Assembly: GCA_051294375.1 (NCBI GenBank)
Contig: CM119264.1
Location: 27,994,663-28,058,662, forward strand
From: Paraspadella gotoi
Lineage: Eukaryota; Animalia; Chaetognatha
Direction: 5' to 3'
Length of the DNA: 64,000 bases
Shown here: positions 24,791 through 36,666 of the stretch, one piece after another
How the letters are laid out: the number at the start of each line of letters is the position of its first letter
How positions within the stretch are numbered: the stretch's first letter is position 1
The notes under the pieces: model-generated
Databases searched by the model: none
What the model saw: the letters and a program-made list of their open reading frames with translations, nothing else
What the model was told of the DNA's origin: nothing
Made by a program: the position numbers and the translations under genes

Positions 24791-26864
24791 GCCGCCATGG
24801 TATGGACGTGTGATGTGTATGATGTTGCGTGACGATGCACGTGTCTGATCGATGATGTAGTATGACGATGTGCATGACCGATGATGCTAGATACGTCCAT
24901 GTTGATTGAAGATGATGAGAGATAGAGAAACGTGAGGAGATGACGGATCGAAACTCTGGACCTACGGCGAATTGTTGAGATTAAGACTCTATGATACAAA
25001 GGGATGAGAAGAAGTGGGGTGACAACTGGTGGTTGAGATGGAGAGGGAAGTGGGAGAGAGGGGGAGGCGGAGAAGAGAGAATAGGGAAGGAAGGGAGATG
25101 AGAACGGTGAGAGAGAGAGAGAGTAGAGAGAGAGGGAGAGACAGAGGAGAAGAGGTAGTATTGTTCGCTCGGTTTGGAAAAATGGTATGATTAAGAACTT
25201 TGAAAGAGAAGAGGAAAGAACAAAATATGAGGAAGACACATCTTTTCCTCGGTCTCTCCTTCTCTCTGCTCTCATCTCTCGTCGTTCTAGGTCTCTCTTC
25301 TCATGTGTACGTGCCCGTCCTCACCCCGCCCATTCGCACGGTTTTCCGTCAGCTGAGCCTTCCTAGCTGGTTGCTACTTCATTTGGCGAACCTGCAGTCT
25401 TCTCGTTCCTCTCGGGACCTCAACCAAACCATCTACACTTCTCTCTCTCTTTTTCTCATCTTTATTATGATCCGTCATAAATGCCGATTTACGGGCTGAA
25501 AACATCGAAAGGATTGACACTCTGCTTCTCATTTAAAAAACCGGAAGGCAATAATTTCTATTCTTAATTGTTTTTATTTTAATCTAAATTTTGATTGGTG
25601 ATTTTTGTTTCCGAAGTTCAAATGTCGAAATGTTTTTTTAAGACTTTTTTCAATTTGTCAATTTTTTGTGTTCTTTCAAATATGATAACCTTTGTTTTTT
25701 CTTTATTAATGATTTTCTATGACAACATTTGAGAATTTCAGGATATTTTCGACTATCACAGACAATTATTGAACACCAAGATTTTGCAACTTATTATTAA
25801 TTTTTGTTGTTTAATTTGGTCTTTCAAGAAGAATATACTGAGAGAGAGGAACGGAGTGTGTGATTGACGAGAGCAGAGGTAGAGATGGGAGAGAGAGACA
25901 AGAATATTAATTTACATAGTGCGGGGATTTTAGGCACCTTGATGGGAGAGAGAAGAGAGCGAGAGAGAGAGAGAGAGAGAAGAGTAAGGTAGAAGAAGAG
26001 AGTGAGAGCAAAAGCAAAGACTGAAGGGGTTGAAAAGAAATCTCAAATTTTGCTCTATTTTTAGACTATCTTACTTTTTTTCCGTCCCACCCGTCTAGTG
26101 ATGGCGCGCAAGAAGCAATTCTTGTTTTCACCCTTCAAATAATCGTTAGTTTTTTTTAAAAAAGAACATTTAAACATTTAGTTATTTCTTTTTCCTTTTT
26201 TTTATTTACTCATTCGTAGAACACATAATTCCAGGGATGAGCGGGAAAAGGCACTTTTGGAAGAGAGAGAGAGAGAGAAGAGACAGAGAGAGAGAGAGAG
26301 GAGAGAGGAGAGAGAGAAGAGAGGAGGGAGAGAGAGAGAGACTTAATTTTTGTTACACGCTAGGGATTTTTCTTATCAATTCAGTTTCTTAAATTTGAAT
26401 ATACTATTTTAAGGTTTTTGTTATTTAAGTCCAGGACAATATACATTCAATAACATCTATTATTAATAACTGATTTTAAAAGGGTTGTAACACTCTAAAA
26501 AATATTTGTTCTTTTTTCCCTCCTTACCGGAGAATTCTTTGAAACCAACTTATTGAACCACACTCACAATCGAGGGCAAAACAAGTAAAATTGGAGAAAT
26601 ATAATAGCAAATATGACGGCAGAGAGGAGAGAAAGGAGAGAGAGAGAGAAAACAGAGAGAGAGAGAATTTTGACGATGTAAGTCATCTGACAGACAATCA
26701 TTGGATTGAATTATATTTAGAAGTAAAAAAAATAAAATGAAAACAATTTAGTAGAAAAACGGAAAACAGTTTTATAGAAAGATCGGAAAATTGGGATGGG
26801 ACAAACAAGGATAGACATTGAATATCCAAGTTTAAATACCAATATGCAAAGAAGGGCGATCGTG

Positions 26865-26923
<59 letters not shown>

Positions 26924-28757
26924 AGAGAGAGAAAGAGAGAGACCCCAAGGGGCTGTTTTTTAACCGATTGAGTAAGAAGACGAGATGAAGAAATCAACAA
27001 CACATTTGGAAAATTTTACTTTTTGAAAATCTTAATTTTTTTTCAGATTATAGCAGAAGAGATGGGATTGAAATTAGATTAGAATGGATAAGATAGAAGA
27101 GATGGGATTAAGAGATAGATTAGAGATGGGATAGAGGAGAATAGATGGTATTAGAGTTTGAGATTAGAGATTGGGTACGAGTTAAAGATATAGAAATAGA
27201 GATTGGATAGGCGTTTATATACTTAGGGCATCTATCAATGGGGTGAGTCAGAAATTCGATTTGGGACTGAGAAAACCTTCAATGGACCTAAAAAACTTTT
27301 TTTAGAATGGCTAGAAGCACTAGTAATTAATTGTTTAATATTTATTTTATCAGAAGGATTTTTTTTTTTAAATTTTTGAAAAATTTTGAAAGAAGAATTG
27401 GTTAGCTTATACAAGTTGTCTATACAAGTATACTTTTTTTTCAATATTTCTTAAATGATAATAATGATAAATGGGTGAAAATTAAAATCAACCTTAAAAA
27501 AATCGTGATATATCATCATCCGAAACTTATTTTAAATAGTTTTTTGTTAATTTTCGGAAAATGCAAAACGTCAAAATTTTTAAAAAAGTTGTAATTATCC
27601 TTTTTGGTTTTAACTTTTTGACAGACATCAGAATCATTTTAAAAAACCTTAAAAATATATTTAGGTAGGGAGAAGTTGATAGGAGACGATGTCATATGAA
27701 TCAAATGTGAATAATTTAATTAGTTTATTTAATTAATTAATATATTTTTTGAAATGTTTTCAACAAATATCTTTAAAGTCGTCGCAGCAATGAAAAAAAT
27801 ATTTATTCTCTATCTCAAGATTATGCGGTGAAATAAGCGGGGTTTTGATAACTAGATCTTGCAATTACTTATCTTCAATCTTCTTTTCCTTTTTAAAATA
27901 TCTCTTTTAAAAGCTCAAGCAATTTGAGCAGAAGCGGCTTATTCAAAGTGAATCTTCTCTCTCTCTCCTCTCTCTCTCCCTTCTCTCTCTTCTCTCCTCT
28001 CTCAATTGATGTTTTTGAAACCAAAAGGTGGTTTGTTAAACATTCAGGTCTTTTTTCTCTCCCAGGCTGTTTTATTTTTTTAATCTCTCCTCTTCTCCTC
28101 TCCGAGTCCCACTATTCTCGGGATATTAAATTCTTTAAAAGGACGGACGGACGAGCGGGACGGACGACGGACGGAGGCGAGGGACGGACGGAGGTACGGA
28201 CGGAAGGAGGTACGTACGGATGGAATTACGTTTTTTAAACGTAAAGGATTTTTAAACAAAAAGTTGGGTGGACTTACTAATTTTTTTTTTTTTTTTTTTG
28301 AATCTTCTGACCATTGATTCCCTAAAACACTCTTTCAGGCTAAGTGCGGGCCGAGAGAGAGAGAGAGTAAGAGAGAGAAAAGAGAGAGCGAGAGAGAGGA
28401 GAGGAGAGAGAAGAGATAGAGAGAGAGGAGACAGGCTCACTTTAAATCAAAGCCCTGATGGAAGCGAAATAAAAAAAGAGGAAAAGAAGAAAGAAAGAAA
28501 GAAAGAAAGATAAAAGAAAGAGGAAAAAGGAATAAAAAAGAAAGAAAGAAAGAAATAGCAAGAAAGAAAAGAAAGAAAGAAAGAAAAGAAATGAAGAAAT
28601 AAGAAGAAACAGAGAGACAAAGAAAAGCTGAAAAAGAAATAGAAGAAAGACACGAAAGATAAGAAGAAGAAAAGAAAAGAACTAGAAAGAAAAAGAAAAC
28701 GAAAGAAAGAAAGAAAAAGAAACGAAAAGAAAGAAATAAACAGAAAAGAAAGAATGT

Positions 28758-29235
28758 GGGTAAGCTTATGAGATGGATGGCTTGTTAGGGAAGGGATGTC
28801 CTCTTAACGGTCGGTTGACGTCCCGCGACCGAAGGGTTATCTGATTCCAAAGTTGATGGACATTTTCCTTTTGGAGACTTAGGAACTCGTCGCGTGCCAG
28901 TCAAGCTGGGGCGCTAGGGGATTTCCGGGTGCCAGTGGAGGCGCGTGCCAGGTAGAAGCCAGTGCCAGAGCGGTGCACAGATGAGGGGGCGCTCAGTAGA
29001 GGCGGTGCCACGTTCAGCGGGGCGTAGGGGAGTTGTGCGCCCAGTCGAGTTCGCGTGGCAGAGAAGCAGGGGGCGGCCAGATGAGGCGGCGCTAAGATTC
29101 TGAGGGAAAGCGGGTCAGTCGCAGCGAGGCGCCACTGGGTACCGAAGGGCAGTGCCCATAAAAAGGGGCGCGCCATTAGCTAGAGCGGCCGACAGTGAAG
29201 GCGCGATTCCAGATAGTGATGTCGCGCCAGCTTAA
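28758..29235. repeat. Copy 2 (indel-rich) of the 13248-13663 segment
   Basis: Colinear with copy 1 but with many 1-2 nt insertions, the error profile of a raw long read. Confidence 0.9.
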
Positions 29236-29608
29236 TAAACTCCGAGTGATCCAAAGATGCTGCAATGAACTGAAACCGAAGGGATTTCTCCATATACGCA
29301 TGCCTGGTTATTGATGATGAAAGGTAGTCTAAGCAGTGGAGGTTAAAATTCAGTCTAGGAATGTTATCCAAAGAAGAAGTGCACTGATGTTCATTAACTT
29401 TCTCGTTTTAACCTAAAACTTTAGAAAATATTAACCGCAGACAAACGAACCAGGAAAATAATTCAAAATGGGCCGAAGCGAGGGGAATCACCTCTGTANN
29501 NNNNNNNNNNNNNNNNNNNNNNNGCATCTAATCATACAGGGAGTTTCAACCGGAAAGAAAATTCGAAAAGCCACACTGGAAAAGGAAGGCGGCGCCTTCT
29601 CGACGACA

Positions 29609-29642
<34 letters not shown>

Positions 29643-29731
29643 GAAACATTCGTGGTACAATTCATCAAGACGATGTTTGGGCGGATGACTTTGCCGCGAA
29701 GGAGAGAAAGAGAGGAGACGAAGAAATTGGG

Positions 29732-29789
<58 letters not shown>

Positions 29790-30039
29790 GAGAGACAGAA
29801 AGACACACACATAGGGAAGAAGAAAGTACAGATAGGTAGGCTTTACCTAGACTCTACAGGATTGAGCCGAGTCAAAAGAAAGGCGCCCTTTGACTTTACT
29901 AACGGGTTTCATTATAGATAGCTGTATTACAGATGGGTCTCATTAAAGATTGGTGCTATCTATAGCATTAGTGCCTTTGATGAGGAACCGATACACGCTC
30001 TTTACAGTCAAAGTGCTTTCTTATGATCCAATAGGGTAG

Positions 30040-30300
30040 CTTGCACAATGCACAGCTAAACAGTGTTGGGTATTACAGCTGAGTCCCATCTGCGAACGTA
30101 CTGCTTTTTGACATAACAGATAGGCGAATGCTAGAGCTGAAGTGCATTCATTCATTACCGATGAGCCCCATCTGCGAACTGGTTTTTGGCATAATAGATG
30201 GGCGATTGCTACAGCTGAAGCGCATTCATTCATTACAGATGAGCGCCATCTGCGAACGAACTGGTTTTTGGCATAACAGATGGGGCGATGGGCGCCTTCT
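30040..30300. repeat. ~80-bp tandem repeat, about 3 copies (CCATCTGCGAAC...GCATTCATTCATTAC)
   Basis: CCATCTGCGAAC recurs at about 30086, 30168 and 30246. Confidence 0.85.
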
Positions 30301-32040
30301 GCGGTTTTCTACATCAGGAGATAGAGGACGATGTCGCTTTAAACGTCGCCCTCGGCCAAAGGCGCCGGCGAAAGCGATAAACCTCGCGGCGCCATTAACA
30401 ACGCCGCGCCTCAATTGCGCACCGTTTTGCGCAGTTTCGCACATTTCGCTCCATTTTGCGCCATTTCGCGCCATTTTTGCGCCATTTTCAACCGCGATTT
30501 GGAAGCTGCCGTCGAGAAAGAAAAGCCGATTTAGGCGACGAGGTTTTGTTGAGTAGATTTTTCCTGGACGAAATAAACTTCGAAGTTGAAAATAAAGTTT
30601 TTATTTTTTTTAGGTGGGGGGGGGAGGGGGAGTTGATTCGAGGCGGAAGTTTTAATTCAGTAGGAATAAGTTGATTCAGAACGGATGTCGATTCAGAACG
30701 GAAGTCGATTCAGCGGAAAAGCGAAATTTTATTCAAGACGCAATTAATCGTTGAATCCCAAATTGATTTAGGATGTTTGTGGCTTTCGATTACATACGGC
30801 ACCAGAAGTTGTGAGTGATTACATACGGAAGCGGAAGTGGCTGTTAATTTCATACGGAAGCGCAAGTCGATGTTGAATGGTGAGCGAAATGGAAATATAA
30901 ATTTCATTGAAAAAAATAAATTTAAATTGTGGAGAATTGTTAAGAGTTAAAAATTAAACCAATAAAAGAATATTGATGAATGCTATATAATTCTAACCAA
31001 CATGAAGTTACACTTTGTTGAGACTTTAAGGTATACGAGGTGTCTTGACGTGAGTCTATAAGGCGGCCGTGATCCTTACTACGAAAAAAAAATAATGTTC
31101 ACGTGAGACCAAAAAAAAAGTGGGTGTGGCTGCGAAGTTGGATCCGACAAAAGGCGAAGATGTAAGTCGAGAGATGAGGATCGTCGTCGTCGTCGTCTTT
31201 GTTGTCATCATCGCCTATATCATCGTCATCTTCTTCATTTCATCTTCTAAGTTCATTCTACTTTGTCTCATTTTTTAAAAATATTTTAATTTATTTTTGT
31301 TAATTTTTTTTATGTTCAGTTTTTATCTAAAGCATCAAGAAAAAAGTTTTCACCAGACAACGTGCTTGTTGTTATAATCGTCGTCATCGTCGTCGACTTT
31401 GTCATCGTCGTCGTCATGGTCGTCTTTGTCATGGTCATCGTTATCGTCGTCTTTGTCATCGTCGTNNNNNNNNNNNNNNNNNNNNNNNNNNNNNNNNNNN
31501 NNNNNNNNNNNNNNNNNNNNNNNNNNNNNNNNNNNNNNNNNNNNNNNNNNNNNNNNNNNNNNNNNNNNNNNNNNNNNNNNNNNNNNNNNNNNNNNNNNNN
31601 NNNNNNNNNNNNNNNNNNNNNNNNNNNNNNNNNNNNNNNNNNNNNNNNNNNNNNNNNNNNNNNNNNNNNNNNNNNNNNNNNNNNNNNNNNNNNNNNNNGG
31701 GTGGAAAGGTGGTGGTAGGTGGTTGGAAGATTAAGAGATTATGAAGAAAATCCGCCTTTGATCAAAATGTAGAGGATTTTAGTNNNNNNNNNNNNNNNNN
31801 NNNNNNNNNNNNNNNNNNNNNNNNNNNNNNNNNNNNNNNNNNNNNNNNNNNNNNNNNNNNNNNNNNNNNNNNNNNNNNNNNNNNNNNNNNNNNNNNNNNN
31901 NNNNNNNNNNNNNNNNNNNNNNNNNNNNNNNNNNNNNNNNNNNNNNNNNNNNNNNNNNNNNNNNNNNNNNNNNNNNNNNNNNNNNNNNNNNNNNNNNNNN
32001 NNNNNNNNNNNNNNNNNNNNNNNNNNNNNNNNNNNNNNNN

Positions 32041-32076
<36 letters not shown>

Positions 32077-32783
32077 AAGATATACCTTGAATGAAAATAT
32101 AATAAATTAACAATAAATTAAATAGAAGAACAGAGAAGATTATTAAGTGACCGTTGACTTATCATTCCGTCCGGATTTATTTGACCTTGGACCATTTGTG
32201 TTTGTGAAATGTCAAGAAAAGTTAAAAATCAAGAAGATTAATTTTTTCCCGGAATAAAAAATGAAGATAAAAAAATTTAATCAATTTATATAAAATCAGC
32301 GAAAGTATCTTAAGTAATCAACTCCCTTTACTTATAATTAATGCGTGCTGGATAATTAATTCAATTTAATTCAATTTGATTTAATTAATAGAACTTCTAT
32401 TAGAAGATGAATTAATTAAATGAAGACGTGGCTTTCATGTAAAGTATCAGAAAAGGAGAGGATGAGAAAAAAATGGGCACTTTTTTCCATCGATGCCCCC
32501 CTTGCTTCGGCTCCTGAAGCAGCGAACTAAAACACACGCACAAAACTCTTATCTTTTGCTACTTCCTTTTGCCATCTTGAATTAAGTTTTGTAAATATTT
32601 TGTAAGAAACAAAAGTCACATAATTATGAACTTATGTAATAAAACAAATTAAACTTTAAAATGGGAGTTAACTAAATTCCTTGAAATGACAATTAAACAA
32701 AGTCGAATTATACAACCTCAGTTAAAGAGTAATAGCGTTGAACATCTTGTTACTTCACCCTCGATACCTCCGTCACTCGATCA

Positions 32784-32970
32784 GTGATCGATATGGTGAG
32801 TAGGACGGTGATTAAAGTAAACTAATGTTTTAATGAATGGTGATGGGTGATTTGTGATTGGTGATCGATATGGTGAGTAGGACGGTGATTAACGTAAACT
32901 AATGTTTTAATGAATGGTGATGGGTGATTTGTGATTGGTGATCGATATGGTGAGTATGACGGTGATTAAA
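32784..32970. repeat. ~77-bp tandem repeat, about 2.4 copies
   Basis: GTGATCGATATGGTGAGTAGGACGGTGATTAA...GATTTGTGATTG starts at about 32784, 32861 and 32937. Confidence 0.9.
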
Positions 32971-32994
32971 GAGATTACGACCCCAACGAAACCG

Positions 32995-33240
32995 ACGTGG
33001 CGTCGCCTAACCTCACCATAGACACGATTCTTCTTAAGTGCCATCTCAGCATTAACACGGCCCCGCAAAAGTACCCTCTAACCATCAACGCAGCGCCGAC
33101 AAAGTGCCAACTCACCATAGACACGGCGCCGCTCAATTGCCATCTCACCATAGACAGGGCGTCGCCATAGCGCCATCTTTCTATCAACCCGGCGCCGCCA
33201 AAGGGCCATCTCTTCGTGTCTTCGGCGCCCGACGACATTA
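32995..33240. repeat. Degenerate GGCGCC-containing minisatellite (CTCACCATAGACACGGCGCC...GCCAT)
   Basis: About 35-40 bp degenerate units; same GGCGCC theme as 13370-13663 and 30290-30500. Confidence 0.7.
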
Positions 33241-33337
33241 AAGGCGAAACTCGATCTTTTCATCGCTCGTAAATTTTTGGGCCAAAAATGACGACGACGA
33301 CGACGACGACGACGAAGACGACGACGACGACGACGAC

Positions 33338-33388
<51 letters not shown>

Positions 33389-33725
33389 GCAGAAGGAAGG
33401 CAAAAAGTTTTACAATTTCGATTACAATGAGGACGCAGAGGGAAAGCAGCGGCAGCAGCAGAAGCAGCGGAAGGTGCAGCAGACGCAGCGGGGGCAGCAG
33501 CGTGAGCAGCAGCCGTTAAGAAAATAGAGTAACACTAAACAATCCCTGCTCACGGTTTTCCCGTTAATTCAAGTCAGACGACGAAAACGACGACGACGAT
33601 AACAACAACAACGACGACGACGATAACGACGACGACGGCGCAAGAATCGTCAGGGGAAAAGCGGAAGAGGCGTTTCGACGCTTAACGCGGCCACCATCTG
33701 TTTTCGCAAAGAGAGAAAGAGAGAA

Positions 33726-33847
<122 letters not shown>

Positions 33848-35229
33848 CCTCTCGCCCTAATGATCGGACATTTTCCAGGGGCGAAGGAGAGAGTCGCGTC
33901 TGCGACGAGGAGGTGCAAGCGAGGAGGTGCATTGACAGTAACTGGTAGGTGCAAGAGGAATCAGGAGGAAGTTTCGGGGTTGCAGTGGTGACGGGGAGGT
34001 GTAAGAAGAATCGGGTGCTAAGAAAGGAACAAACTTTTAAAGAATTTAAAAACAAAACGAAACAAACAAAAATAAAAGGATGAATGAAATTTAAAAAAAA
34101 AGAAATGAACATCGATGATGAAGAGAAAGAAAACAACAAAGTAAGACAACAACAACAACAACGATAACAATAAAGTGCATCTCGATTCCAAGAGTAAACA
34201 GTTGAAAGCACAAAATGAAACCAAGACTAAAAATGAAAACAATCTCTCGACGGGAAGTGGCGGCGCGCGCGCGGTGTTTTGGCCGTAACGGTGTGAGTGT
34301 TATTCATGTTGGCGGCGCCCCGGGTTTTGCGTGTCCGTTTGGCAGGGTTTCTAATGCTGGCCGGCTCTCGGGTGCCTTGCAGGATTTTTTTTGTCGAGGC
34401 TTTGTCCCCTGGTGGTGTGGCGTGTGGTGTTCGGCCGCTTCAGACCGACGTCGGACATGGTTCTACGCATGACGTGGAAAATGTAAAAGAGAAGGCCGGC
34501 CGTCCCCAAACCAGGTGCGTCGGAGGCGGTGGGAGAGCGAAAGAAATGCGGCACGCCAATCGAAAACAATAAGATAGCAATTCTTCACCTGCGTGTGCGA
34601 CTTCCCGGAAAGATGAGAGGAGAGATGAGAGAAGATCATTGATCGATAGTATGAGGAGGATGAGAGAGAAGGAGACCACGGAGAGATTAGGAGGAGAGAG
34701 ATTGAGAGGATTGATGAAAGTGACGCCTGAGCAAGGGCAGCGAAGGAGGACAATACGATGTTGAATTTTAGGATAAGGAGCATAGAGCGCAGACCCCAAG
34801 AAGAAGACAGGGAGAGATAAAAACGATGATGAGGCGCGGACGTGAACTGTAGAGATGTGGATAAGTTTTGTACGCAATGTCTTTCCAAAATTGACGCTGA
34901 GGGAGGTAGTACAAGTGTCAGTAGCGGCTGCTGGGTTTCCCTCCTGATCATTCTTCTCAGACGTATTTTTAAAAATATCTTTCGACGAAAGATGAACCTG
35001 AGAATGTATAAGACAGAAATTAAATCGCGTACGGATAAGTGGTATAATAGCGACGCGCTCGCGCGCTCTCATTTATCCCCCAAAACATTAACTAGTCGCT
35101 GTGACCATTTACTTTGTTTTCTCAGCAACATTATAATTCTGCTTGCTCGGTCTGCCTCATACAACAAATACTTCACAAAGCTCTCGCCGAGATATAAGGA
35201 GTAAACAGCGCATACAGGCAGTAAGCACG

Positions 35230-35285
35230 GGAGAGTGATTGGGCCTGCGCGCAGAGACCTTGACGTGCTCCGCGCATGCGTTTAG
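35230..35285. promoter_or_regulatory. Candidate housekeeping-type promoter motif cluster
   Basis: ATTGG (reverse CCAAT), TGACGT (CRE-like) and GCGCATGCG (NRF1-like) within 50 bp, in noisy sequence. Confidence 0.25.
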
Positions 35286-36049
35286 GGATGAGGTGAGGCA
35301 ATATGATATATACGAAATAATTAGGTATTTTGGATATTCATTTTGGGTAGTTCAATGAAGAATCGTGATATAAAGTGTTGTATATAACAGATGTTGTTTG
35401 TCCTATGAGTCGACGAAAAAAAAAAAAATCGTTTTTGTGCTGCTTTAGCGTCTGTGTCCTAGTTTCGACGTAAATGGGTTCTCAGTGCGGTCTTATGATA
35501 CTGTGCTGACAGGGAGAATTATCGCAGCTGCTGGTTAGGTTATCAACGAATTACTTGCTCTGGCGCTTTCGTGAGGCGCTGTGGCGGGGCGCGTGAGGCA
35601 GCTCGAGCTGCGCTGGGTTACTTAAGAACACGTCTCCACCATAAGCATTCCGTTAACGGAAATGTATAGACCATGTGAAGAGGGGAGTAAATGATAGAGC
35701 TGTGCACTCTCTTTTGCGAGCATGCTGAGGGGTACGCGAACTCAACCTTTTTGAGCAGAAGACGAATGAGAATATTAGAAAAGTGAAACAGATTTGAGAT
35801 AGATTTATATTTGTGATGAGGCGATTTTCTGCAGCTGAAAAAAATTTCGTTTCTCATGTATTTTTTGTTCAGCCTTCACTTTGTTGTAAGTTTCTTTTTC
35901 CTGTCAGAAAAAATAACAAGCAGATTGGTATAGCATGTCCGTAACTCGTTTTGTTGAGAATCAATTATAATCACTGGTACAGAAGCAGAACCCCGCGATG
36001 AGTCTTGATTCAAGATGAATGTGAAGTGAGAATTTTGAGAGAGCGCATC

Positions 36050-36666
36050 CTATGAAAAATTCCTGGTCATGGTATCTTCTATCCTTCATCATCCATCAAT
36101 CACGAATCATAGCTCCGTACTGCTATGTACCACTTTTGTTCACATTCTTTGTTTAAGTGCCGTGATCTATCTATTTTCCATGCTTTTCAATCCTTCTAGG
36201 GTCTACCAACTCAAACATCTCGCAAATCCACCTCTCGAGAGAATACTGTTGACATTAATGAACAAGAAGGAAGCCCCGGGGTCGAATAGGAACCTCCGTA
36301 GACTTTCTTTCGCTTCTATTTGAGCAGGCCATTCCAAGCACGATTGGGACTCGCTTCCCTCTAATAGTTCGTTCGATGCTCGCTCTTCGCTTCGGTCTCC
36401 TCGAAAAGAAGAAGAATGGAAAGTAATTTGTATGGGCCGCTTGAAGAGTAGATATTCCTGTCCGTGGGGGAGGGAGACGTAGCGAGAGAAAGACAGAATA
36501 AGAGGGATCCGAACGAGATCGGCTCGCATGCCATCAGACATACCGCCCCAGATTTTCCCCGAACAAGGAACCGGGCATACCTTTTAAGAGGATAGAGACG
36601 CGACTTTTCAAAGATTGGATTTGACATTATGAAAAGTGGATCTTCAACGCAAGTGAATAAATACAT
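36050..36666 (-). CDS. Possible orphan gene in a third noisy, repeat-poor island
   Basis: Overlapping track ORFs 36361-36666 and 36203-36541 join into a protein-like reading (MYLFTCVEDPLFIMSNPIFEK...RIPLILSFSRYVSLPHGQEYLLFKRP...LEWPAQIEAKESLRRFLFDPG). No family motif. Confidence 0.2.

Noticed and set aside
14060-24800. Maverick/Polinton assignment for the island
   Set aside because: The polymerase is Pol delta-type rather than protein-primed PolB, and no integrase, adenain protease, packaging ATPase, capsid or terminal inverted repeats were seen.
24790-25500. GA-rich then CT-rich stretch that looks like a fold-back or element terminus
   Set aside because: The halves are not alignable inverted repeats; this looks like a low-quality read segment.
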